Of a stretch of 64,000 nucleotides of DNA, positions 25,201 through 37,200 are shown piece by piece (positions within the stretch are counted from its first letter, which is position 1; each line of letters begins with the position of its first letter). Under the pieces are notes generated by a model that worked only from the letters and a program-made list of their open reading frames with translations, ran no database searches and was not told the origin of the DNA. A program made the translations under genes and the position numbers. Location: positions 1,612,001 to 1,676,000 of the forward strand of contig JBLDXI010000031.1 in the NCBI GenBank assembly GCA_047495785.1, in the 5' to 3' direction. Origin of the DNA: Lepidodermella squamata. Taxonomy: Eukaryota > Animalia > Gastrotricha.

Positions 25201-28200
25201 CTGCTTTACGTCGATCTTAAATACACCAATCCATCCAAGAATGCATCTTAACATTAATTAGTTTTGGCAATTCTAATTCGCAAAAACGCAAATTCGTGAC
25301 GAATACGGGTTACGCAATTGAAAATTTATTCCAAATATTCTTGTGCAGCGCTTCAGGAGCATAACCAGGAATTTTTTTGGTAGTTATTATGGATCTCAGG
25401 CAGGGGCGTAACCAGCCTTTCACGGTTAGGGGCAGGGGGGGGGGGCTGGGTCATATTTTCAGGGTGAGCTCAAGGATCCAAGAGCTTTCATACCACATAA
25501 CATAACATTTTCTTTATTCTTCAGCACTTTTGCCATTGCTATCAGTGATGGAAAAGAATTGTTTGCTTTCTTAAGATGAATTGTGATTTGAACCAAAACT
25601 GGAGCGAAGCGAGAAGATTTTGAAGATTTTTCTCTCAGAAATACTCCAAAAACTCTTAAAACTATGGAATTTGCCAGTAGTCAACTTGCCTGCTAAATTA
25701 AAAAACTAAATTACTGAATATGCGAGCGAAGCCAGCTTTAGCTAACGGTATTTCTTAACAATTCGAGCTGAAAATAGTGTAAAAATGGCAGGCTTGTTAA
25801 TACATTTCTTTGAAATGTTATGATTTTTTCCTGCTGCTTTTAAACTTCCGCGGTAGTATTCCAAGCCATCCGCGTTCCACAAATTTCAGAGACCCCACTT
25901 CCAATAAAGCTCAAGCTGTAACATATTCTCATCAAACTATATCAAGATTCAATGACGAATCGGCCACTCGGGCTCGCTTGCCACTCGCGAGCGAAGCGAG
26001 CTTTAGCTAACGTTTTTCATTTTTTTCATTTCATTTTCGCCTCAGAATTAGCCTGAAAATGCTTCAAAATTCAACGAAAATCATATTTGACATCAAATGT
26101 TACACCTTACGTGGGTATTACACCCCCTAGTTTGAAAGACAGCGATTTAGAGATGTACGAAGTACAAAACATTTCATTTTTTGGTAATTTTTCCGGATGG
26201 CTCCCTGGCCCCGGCTAGTTACGCCCCTAATCTCAAGGTGGAAAATTGATCATCCCCGGAACAATCCAAAGTCCAAGGTAGAAGAGTGCCTGTTTTCAAT
26301 ACGAAATATGGACGCTATCGGGATTTCGAGCGCAGCAAAAAAATTTTTGCAATTTTGCAAACATTTCCTCCATTTTGTAAGAAATTTCAGGCATTTTCTA
26401 GAGAAAATAGGCCCAAGAGGGGTTTTTGAGTTTTCATTTTCGTTTGAAGTTTTTGGGCATTAAATTGAGCATGGGGTAATAATTCGGCATATACGTTATT
26501 TTATTGCCCGGATAATTAAATTCGAACAGATAAGAAAAAACGCCTACAATTTGTAAATCATTGTGAGCTCAAAACCTGAACACTTGAAAAGAGAAAAGAC
26601 AATATCATATTGTCTGGATAATTAAATTCGAGCAAATCAGAAAAACGCCTAAGACTAGTAAGGCATAGTGAGCTCAAAACCTGAACATTTACATTCCCGA
26701 AGCCGTTAACTCCTGCGGAATGAGCTGCTCACTTCACCGCTTCGACGTCGTCTACACTAAGAACACTATGCGACAATCAAATGACAACTTCTAAAGCCTC
26801 TTTGTGAATTAATCGAACAGGTGGTCAAGGCCCGAAGGGTTCCATGGGCGACCAAGGATCCAAGGGTCTCAAGGGTGACTTGGGCGCAACCGGCCCACAA
26901 GGATCGAAGGGCGGCAAAGGAGACGAAGGAGATACCGGAGCCACTGGCCCACAAGGTTCGAAGGGCGCCAAGGGTGAACTTGGATCTGACGGAGCCACCG
27001 GTCCCCAAGGCTCGAAGGGTGCTAAGGGTGATTTCGGATCGAGCGGAGCCACTGGTCCCCAAGGATCGAAAGGTCAAGAGGGTGCTAAAGGCGAAGCCGG
27101 TGAGTCATTATGTTTGTGGGGATTCGCGCTGTGGTCTCCAACCTTGAGTTTTCATTAACAGGCAGTGGCGGTAGCGGAACGGGTCCTATCGGTCCACGAG
27201 GTGAGTGAACCGTCCTGCTTACCCCGATTCGTTCATTAAAGCTGACCTTTTCTATTCCAGGTCCTCAGGGCTTCCAAGGTTTGATTCGAATAATGCCACT
27301 TGCTAGGCAGTCCTTAGGGAGATTAACGATCGAATGACTGCTTTTTCGTGTTAGGTGGTCAGGGCCCGAAGGGTTCGATGGGTGACCAAGGATCCAAAGG
27401 TCTCAAGGGTGACTTGGGCGCTACAGGCCCACAAGGATCGAAGGGCGGCAAAGGAGACGAAGGAGATACCGGAGCCACTGGCCCACAAGGTTCGAAGGGC
27501 GCCAAGGGTGAACTTGGATCTGACGGAGCCACCGGTCCGCAAGGCTCGAAGGGTGCTAAGGGTGATTTCGGATCAAGCGGAGCCACTGGTCCCCAAGGAT
27601 CGAAAGGTCAAGAGGGTGCTAAAGGCGAAGCCGGTGAGTGGATTTGTTTTTATTATGCTGTGGGTTTTTAATACGCTTTTTCGACGAACAGGCAGTGGCG
27701 GCGGCGGAACTGGTCCCATCGGTCCACGAGGTGAGTGACCCGTCTTGCTTTACACGACTGCCTTTATTTTCTCTAATTCTATTGCGGTTTAGGTCCTCAG
27801 GGCTTCCAAGGTGCGATACAGATACTGCCAGTCACTAGGCAGTCCATGATGAGACCAACGATTGAATGACTGTTTTTTCATGTTAGGTGGTCAAGGCCCG
27901 AAGGGCTCCATGGGTGACCAAGGATCAAAGGGCCTCAAAGGTGACTTGGGTTCGACAGGCCCGCAAGGATCCAAAGGCGGCAAAGGAGACGAAGGAGATA
28001 CCGGAGCCACTGGCCCACAAGGCTCGAAGGGCGCCAAGGGTGAACTTGGATCTGACGGAGCCACCGGTCCCCAAGGCTCGAAGGGTGCTAAGGGTGATTT
28101 CGGATCGAGCGGAGCGACTGGTCCCCAAGGATCTAAGGGTCAAGAGGGTGCTAAAGGCGAAGCCGGTGAGTGGATTTGTTTTTATTATGCTGTGGGTTTT

Positions 28201-31200
28201 TAATAGGCTTTTTCGACGAACAGGCAGTGGCGGCGGCGGAACTGGTCCTATCGGTCCACGAGGTGAGTGACCCGTCTTGCTTACCCCGATTCGTTCATTA
28301 AAGCTGACTTTTTCTATTCCAGGTCCTCAGGGCTTCCAAGGTTTGATTCGAATAATGCCACTTGCTAGGCAGTCCTTTGAGAGATTAACGATCGAATGAC
28401 TGCTTTTTCGTGTTAGGTGGTCAAGGCCCGAAGGGTTCCATGGGTGACCAAGGATCAAAGGGCCTCAAAGGTGACTTGGGTTCGACAGGCCCGCAAGGAT
28501 CCAAGGGCGGCAAAGGAGACGAAGGAGATACCGGAGCCACCGGTCCCCAGGGCTCCAAGGGCACCAAGGGTGATTTCGGTTCCAGCGGAGCCACTGGTCC
28601 CCAAGGCTCCAAGGGTGCTAAGGGCGATTTCGGATCGAGCGGTGCGACTGGTCCACAGGGATCGAAAGGTCAAGAGGGTGCTAAAGGTGAACCAGGTGAG
28701 TCATTTTGCTTTCGGGGATTCGCCCTGCGGTCTTCAACATTGAGTTTTCATTAACAGGCAGTGGCGGTAGCGGAACAGGTCCCGTCGGTCCACGAGGTAA
28801 TCTTTACTTCACCGGCTCGTGAATGTTTTCTAAACATGTCAATTTCCTCTTTTATACCAGGTCCTCAAGGATACGTAGGTATGTATGCTTCCGGATTTCT
28901 CTTTTGATACAGATTCCTGAGTTTTTTATGACATGCTGGTGTATATCGTAGATCTCGTTACTCAGATAGGGCGCCGCACTTTCGGGGTTTCGGGCAGGAC
29001 AAAGGAAAAAGTTTGACATCAGACCATCATCAGATATGATGCAGTATTTTGCAAATTCCCTGCGATCAGAATTCCTGAATTGGTCGAGTTTTTATTATAG
29101 CCAAATGATAAACCCATGAAATTACCAGCTTTCCTAAATTTTATAATGCCAGGGCCAACATAAGGGATGAGGTGAGACATCTAAAATTGCATAGTAAGTT
29201 TGTTGGCGCTTGGTAATAGAAACTAGGCTCTGTCATTATTGATTATTTTCACTTGAAAAGAGAAAAGACAATATCATATTGTCTGGATAATTAAATTCGA
29301 GCAAATCAGAAAAACGCCTAAAACTAGTAAGGCATAGTGAGCTCAAAACCTGAACATTTACATTCCCGAAGCCGTTCACTCCTTATGAATTACATAAAAT
29401 TGGGCCAATTTTCCACCATCGGACATTAAAGCATCGATATGAACACGAAATATCTACTGAATAGCAACAACTGGTTTTTGAAAACGAAATTCGAGAAAAT
29501 AAAAGCCAATTTCGTACAGTTTCGTACACCCCTGATTATGGCTTGTTAGCAAGAAAACTGGATTCGCTGTTTCTTATTTCCTTAAGGATAAAGATCTACT
29601 CAGTTTTTCACGCTCCATCTAATGGTATACTACGACTAGATTAGGGTTGACTAATTGGTTTACGAATTGATGGGAGTGTCAATCTAATATGCAGTATAAT
29701 ATGGTCTTACTTTTAGCGGAACCAAATTTTGGAAATTTTAATGGGCCTAAAAACATTTTTCGAACATTTTCAGGATGTCATGATTGATCAGCAAAATTCA
29801 AAATAAATAATCTTTAAATTCCGAATGAAATTCTGTGTAAGACGCGTTCATACTATAGAATTCATACATTGTCCCAATTTCGTAGAAATATTCGAAAAGT
29901 GTTAGGTTCCGCTAAAAGATATTCTGGCATGCCATTAGATAGAGCGTGAATAGCTCAATAAATCGGCATACACAGTAAAGGCCAAACTAATAGCGAGCCG
30001 AATTTCCTTGCCAAACATTAAAATAAAAATTTAAGAATTTGTTGTTAGGCCAAAAATTTAAATAAAAATTTAAAATTTCTTTGTTACACTAAACTTGAAG
30101 ATGCATCTCCTCTTGATTGCGTCTCGGAAACTGTACCAAAGCACTAATTTTTGCGATCTTAAAACCTCTAATTATTATTGAAGTTTTTGAATTTCAATTT
30201 TATTAAACAAATTCCAATGCCGCCCGTCATTTTAATTTTTCCGGCTGCAAAATATTTAGAATATTCATGAGCAAAAAGGTGAACACGTCGTCTGGTAAGC
30301 CAGCATGCTCCGAGTGCGGCGTTCTATCTTTGTCACATGTCATAGGTGGCTATCGCGATGGATTTTTGCCTGAAGGCTAGCTATTCAGGGCTGAGGCGCG
30401 GCCGAAGGACTGTATAGCGGGCTCAAGGCCAAGTATCCATCGATATCCACCGATATCACCCGTGTGTGGCTAATATCTGGCGCCATACATCGTAAAATCC
30501 GGATGAACTCAGTTATGTCCTTTCTCATATTATGTTGGAATAGCCCATTAAGCGTAAAAAGTTGACACGAACACTGTATTTTGGAGATAAGTAAGGCTTA
30601 AAATGAGGTCATACAATGGTGATTTCATCTTTCCATGTAATAAACAATGCAAACAAAATTAGATAAACAATCATGCTTAAAATGACTCACCAACATGATT
30701 GTACGATTTATCATGAACTAAAATTGTATAATTGTACAAATGTAAATTAATTGGCGCATGATAGACAGCTCGATAGAAACTAATCGGGGGAAGGAGAAGG
30801 AGAATTTTCAACGGCGAAGTAAGAAGCATGCGGAATGAGCTGCTCACTTCACCGCTTCGACGTCGTCTACACTAAGAACACTATGCGACAATCAAATGAC
30901 AACTTCTAAAGCCTCTTTGTGAATTAATCGAACAGGTGGTCAAGGCCCGAAGGGTTCCATGGGCGACCAAGGATCCAAGGGTCTCAAGGGTGACTTGGGC
31001 GCAACCGGCCCACAAGGATCGAAGGGCGGCAAAGGAGACGAAGGAGATACCGGAGCCACTGGCCCACAAGGTTCGAAGGGCGCCAAGGGTGAACTTGGAT
31101 CTGACGGAGCCACCGGTCCCCAAGGCTCGAAGGGTGCTAAGGGTGATTTCGGATCGAGCGGAGCCACTGGTCCCCAAGGATCGAAAGGTCAAGAGGGTGC

Positions 31201-34200
31201 TAAAGGCGAAGCCGGTGAGTCATTATGTTTGTGGGGATTCGCGCTGTGGTCTCCAACCTTGAGTTTTCATTAACAGGCAGTGGCGGTAGCGGAACGGGTC
31301 CTATCGGTCCACGAGGTGAGTGAACCGTCCTGCTTACCCCGATTCGTTCATTAAAGCTGACCTTTTCTATTCCAGGTCCTCAGGGCTTCCAAGGTTTGAT
31401 TCGAATAATGCCACTTGCTAGGCAGTCCTTAGGGAGATTAACGATCGAATGACTGCTTTTTCGTGTTAGGTGGTCAAGGCCCGAAGGGTTCGATGGGTGA
31501 CCAAGGATCCAAAGGTCTCAAGGGTGACTTGGGCGCGACAGGCCCGCAAGGATCCAAAGGCGGCAAAGGAGACGAAGGAGAAACCGGAGCCACTGGCCCA
31601 CAAGGCTCGAAGGGCGCCAAGGGTGAACTTGGATCTGACGGAGCCACCGGTCCGCAAGGCTCGAAGGGTGCTAAGGGTGATTTCGGATCAAGCGGAGCCA
31701 CTGGTCCCCAAGGATCGAAAGGTCAAGAGGGTGCTAAAGGCGAAGCCGGTGAGTGGATTTGTTTTTATTATGCTGTGGGTTTTTAATACGCTTTTTCGAC
31801 GAACAGGCAGTGGCGGCGGCGGAACTGGTCCCATCGGTCCACGAGGTGAGTGACCCGTCTTGCTTTACACGACTGCCTTTATTTTCTCTAATTCTATTGC
31901 GGTTTAGGTCCTCAGGGCTTCCAAGGTGCGATACAGATACTGCCAGTCACAAGGCAGTCCATGATGAGACCAACGATTGAATGACTGCTTTTTCATGTTA
32001 GGTGGTCAGGGCCCGAAGGGTTCCATGGGCGACCAAGGATCCAAGGGTCTCAAGGGTGACTTGGGCGCAACCGGCCCACAAGGATCGAAGGGCGGCAAAG
32101 GAGACGAAGGAGATACCGGAGCCACTGGCCCACAAGGTTCGAAGGGCGCCAAGGGTGAACTTGGATCTGACGGAGCCACCGGTCCCCAAGGCTCGAAGGG
32201 TGCTAAGGGTGATTTCGGATCGAGCGGAGCCACTGGTCCCCAAGGATCGAAAGGTCAAGAGGGTGCTAAAGGTGAACCAGGTGAGTCATTATGTTTGCAG
32301 GGATTCGCTGCGGTCTACAACATCGAGTTGTCGTCAAACAGGCAGTGGCGGTAGCGGGACTGGTCCCATCGGTCCCCGAGGTAACCTTAACATATTGCAC
32401 TTCTTTCAAGAAAATTTCACGTTCTTCGTCTAAAACAGGTCCACCAGGATACGTAGGTACGTATGCTTCTATTTTTCTCTTTTGATTTTCATTAAAACAA
32501 ATTCACACGGTATTTGTTTCGGCAATAATTCATGTCGAGTATATAGCCCATTGAGCGGGGAAATCGATCATTGCAGTTTTCAATTTTATTGCAGTTTAGC
32601 AGTTAGGTTATTTGCGGCGGATGATTAGTGGTAAAACGAAAGATCATGATAGGCACAAGTGCGGCATTCCCATTGTTTACTTCGGCCATATTTGGTCGAA
32701 ATTGACGTGATGATTGAAAAACGAACCGAGGGATTGTACTTTCTTGACTTTTTTAAGGTCTGTTTCATTCTGATGGAATTTTGCATCAATTTTTGGTTCA
32801 TTCCCGTATCAACAGTTTTCAGTATCACGTAGGATGAAATATGCTAATGAGCACTTTTCATTGTGATTTCACGCACTGAACAATGAAAAGTGCTCATTAT
32901 CATATTTCATCTTACGGAATACTGAAAATTGTTGGTACGGGTTTCTATTTAAAAAATCAGAGTGTTAGTCTTTTTAATATTAAATTAAAGCCGTAGATAA
33001 TAGGAGTACGTGTATTTTTATAAACAGTGAAACCCCGATTTAGCGTCATCTACGGGTCGGCCGAAAGATCGGGCGGGAAATCCGAAAATACGGATAATCC
33101 AGGTCAATTTACATGCAATTCGATGATGCGGGGAAAAATGAAGAATTTTCACCCCCTTGTCTCTTGCACACCCCGATTTCCCGTCAGACGGAAAATAAAA
33201 GGACGCGAAATCGGAGTTTCACGGTATTAGGCTAATTCTCGTCGGCGTGGTTTTTACTGGGTCTAGAATACTTTAAAGCTGTGTGGCGCTTCCGGAAGTT
33301 CAACGGCGTATAATTAAAATTGCTGAAAATGGCAAATCCAAACGAAACGCGAGGGAAACACGGAATGAAATACATTACTGGGTGACTCATAGGCTTGGAA
33401 ATACGTTTTCAATGCTCCGATACAATTTCGTAGCTTTTACATCGTTGGTACAGAAAACGTCATGAATTTTATTATAATTGCTCTTAAACTTAATCAAAAA
33501 CTAACAAGTTATATAGTATCCATATGAATTATTCAAACAGGTGGTCAGGGGCCGAAGGGTTCGATGGGTGACCAAGGATCCAAAGGTCTCAAGGGTGACG
33601 TGGGCGCAACCGGCCCGCAAGGATCAAAGGGTGGCAAAGGAGACGAAGGAGACACCGGAGCAACCGGTCCCCAAGGCTCAAAGGGCGCCAAGGGAGATTT
33701 CGGTTCGAGCGGAGCCACTGGTCCCCAAGGCTCAAAGGGTGCTAAGGGTGATTTCGGATCGAGCGGAGCCACTGGTCCGCAAGGATCTAAGGGTCAAGAG
33801 GGTGCCAAGGGTGAACCAGGTGAGTCATTATGTTTGTGGGGATTCGCTGCGGTCTTCAACATTGAGTTTTCATTAACAGGCAGTGGCGGTAGCGGAACGG
33901 GTCCTATCGGTCCACGAGGTGAGTGAACCGTCCTGCTTACCCCAATACGTTCATTAACGCTGATTTTTCTATTCCAGGTCCACAGGGCTACCAAGGTACG
34001 TTCCAGTTAATGATTCGCTAGGCAGTCCACGATGAGACCAACGTTTGAATGATTGCTTTTTAAATTAGGTGATCAGGGCCCGAAGGGTTCCATGGGTGAC
34101 CAAGGATCCAAGGGTCTCAAGGGTGACTTGGGCGCAACCGGCCCACAAGGATCGAAGGGCGGCAAAGGAGACGAAGGAGATACCGGAGCCACTGGCCCAC

Positions 34201-37200
34201 AAGGTTCGAAGGGCGCCAAGGGTGAACTTGGATCTGACGGAGCCACCGGTCCCCAAGGCTCGAAGGGTGCTAAGGGTGATTTCGGATCGAGCGGAGCCAC
34301 TGGTCCCCAAGGATCGAAAGGTCAAGAGGGTGCTAAAGGTGCCAAAGGTGAACCCGGTGAGCTAAATTGTTCACGTTCTTCGCTTCGATCTAAAAAATGT
34401 TCTCTTATTAGGCAGTGGCGCGGGCGGAGCAGGTCCGATCGGTCCAAGAGGCGAGTGAACCGTCTTACTCTCCCTTTTTTATCTATTAACGCTGATTCAT
34501 TCCATTCTAGGTCCTCAGGGTATTCAAGGTGCGCAATAAATCCTGGAAATTTCAAGCAGGCTGTAGACATCAGCAAGAGTTCAACTTTCCTGTTTGATTT
34601 TCAGGTGGTGTCGGCCCGAAAGGTTCTATGGGTGACCAAGGATCCAAAGGTCTCAAAGGTGACTTGGGTGCGACAGGCCCGCAAGGATCCAAGGGCGGCA
34701 AAGGAGACGAAGGGGATACCGGAGCCACCGGTCCCCAGGGCTCCAAGGGCACCAAGGGTGATTTCGGTTCGAGCGGAGCCACTGGTCCCCAAGGCTCCAA
34801 GGGTGCCAAGGGTGACTTCGGTTCGAGCGGAGCCACTGGTCCGCAAGGATCTAAGGGTCACGAGGGTGCTAAAGGTGAACCAGGTGAGTCATTATGTTTG
34901 TGGGGATTCGCTGCGGTCTTCAACGTTGAGTTTTCATTAACAGGCAGTGGCGGTAGCGGAACGGGTCCCATCGGTCCACGAGGTGATCAAACCGCATTGC
35001 TTACATAAATTGCATTCATTAACCTTAATTTGTTTCATTCTAGGTCCTCAGGGCTACCAAGGTACGTCCCAGTTAATGATTGGCCGGGCAGTCCACGATG
35101 AGACCAACGTTTGAATGGTTGCTTTTTAAATTAGGTGATCAGGGCCCGAAGGGTTCCATGGGCGCCCAAGGATCCAAGGGTCTCAAGGGTGACTTGGGCG
35201 CAACCGGCCCACAAGGATCGAAGGGCGGCAAAGGAGACGAAGGAGACACCGGAGCAACCGGCCCACAGGGTTCCAAGGGCACCAAGGGTGATTTCGGTTC
35301 GAGCGGAGCCACCGGTCCGCAAGGCTCGAAGGGTGCTAAGGGTGATTTCGGTTCGAGCGGAGCGACTGGTCCCCAGGGATCTAAAGGTCACGAGGGTGCC
35401 ACAGGTGCTAAGGGCGAACCGGGTGAGTCAATTACTTCATGTTCTTCTGTGCTGTGTTGCTCAACATTGGGTTTTTGCTGATTAGGCAGTGGCGGTAGCG
35501 GAACGGGTCCGGTCGGTCCACGAGGTAATTTTTTCGACAGCTCACGGCGTTCATTTTTCGGATAACACTTGCTGTTTCTTCCTCTAATACAGGTCCTCAA
35601 GGATACGTAGGTATGTATATATTTCGACTTTTCTCTTTTGTGCTGAAATATACAACACTCGTTAGTATGTTAAAGACATCAAGGTTTAGTTCACCGCTAT
35701 GAGATTCTTTGTCTTGAAGGCCATGAATAGCTGAAATCTGAAATTCATGAAATTTTCTACAAAAACCTATATCATTATCATCCTACTTTGTGGTTGTTCA
35801 ACAGAAAGAGTTGTTGAGGTTTTGACCGCGGAGATAATGATTAATGATGAAGTGGGAAGTAATTGTTGGCAGCTTGGAGCGTTTAAGACAGTTGACAATT
35901 CGACGAGGAATGGTGCTACCAGCACCGACCATTAGCGTCGATACCTTGATGGATTCGAGATTGAATCGCTTCTGTGGTTTCGAGACGCACGGCTCGTAAT
36001 GATTTATTTATTTATTTGAAAGCTCATATGCCCAAGAGAGGGCAGCTTGACAATGAGGCTTCTTCCCAGCGTCGTCATCGGCAGACTCGGTGCCGCCGAG
36101 TCCGAAACGATCTCATTTCGCAAAATTATCTGGCCCTATGGAGCAGTGTTGTGGATTAGATTTGAAATAAAAATAATAATCAAATCTCGCTCCCTCTACA
36201 ATCCTCTCCTGATCCCAAAATCAAATCTCAAAACATTGAAATAAAATCCAAAAATCATCAAAATCTTTGAAATCGTTTATACTGGATTAAACCACAGAGA
36301 GACGTGGGGAAAACATGTCTAAGAAACTTAGTCTCGAAATTAGGTCTTTTATGATGTCAAATGAGTAGTTGTTGGCGAGGACGGGGTTTGACCCAAGAAA
36401 CTGAACAATTCTGATGATCATTCCGGCAGTTTGCGCATACGGGTAATTATTTTTCCCACGATGTCTCGATACCTATTTGATTTATTGCCGTATTTGATAT
36501 GTAAATCCCTGAAATCAGTCTTTTTTGCCCCAATCAAATTTTTATTTATCAAATCCCTGAAATCAAATCACAGCCAAAACGGTCTAAAATCGTGCAAATC
36601 AAAATCTGAAAATCTAATCCCCAACACTGCCAAAGAGCCTGGAAAACTAATGCGAATGCAAGTTCAAATCTAGGAAAATAGTTCTTGGTAATGGTAATAA
36701 CTCGGAGTTTATCCTCTCAAGTGCTAAACATACAGTATAATTGATCTCCTACTGATTACAGGAAAGATGATAAAGCATTAAAAATAGATGTGGCTATGTT
36801 AACACAGAACATTGTATCACCCAATTGTTATGCGTACACAATGTGCGTGACACACAGCGACACAACCAGATACAAGTGCGCGCTGTGCCAATCACGCACA
36901 CACACGGTGTGCGCATAGCCATTGGGCCATACACAATCCTGTGTTCCCATAGACATGACCATGAAAAATACCGCATATAGGTTGTTTTCAACCTTGTTGA
37001 GGCCTATTATTTGGTAGTTGGACCGCATTCAGAACAATAGTTACTTGTGTGGCCTGATTGAAAATTCACAAACTTGTTACCCGTTAAATAAATTCTGTCA
37101 GATTCAGTTGGGCTTCCAGATTTTGGTTCTATCTAAACTTTTAGGCTCAAGGCATTATGTTCGCAGTCTCCTGATTTTTGAGAGTAGCTTTAAACAGGAA

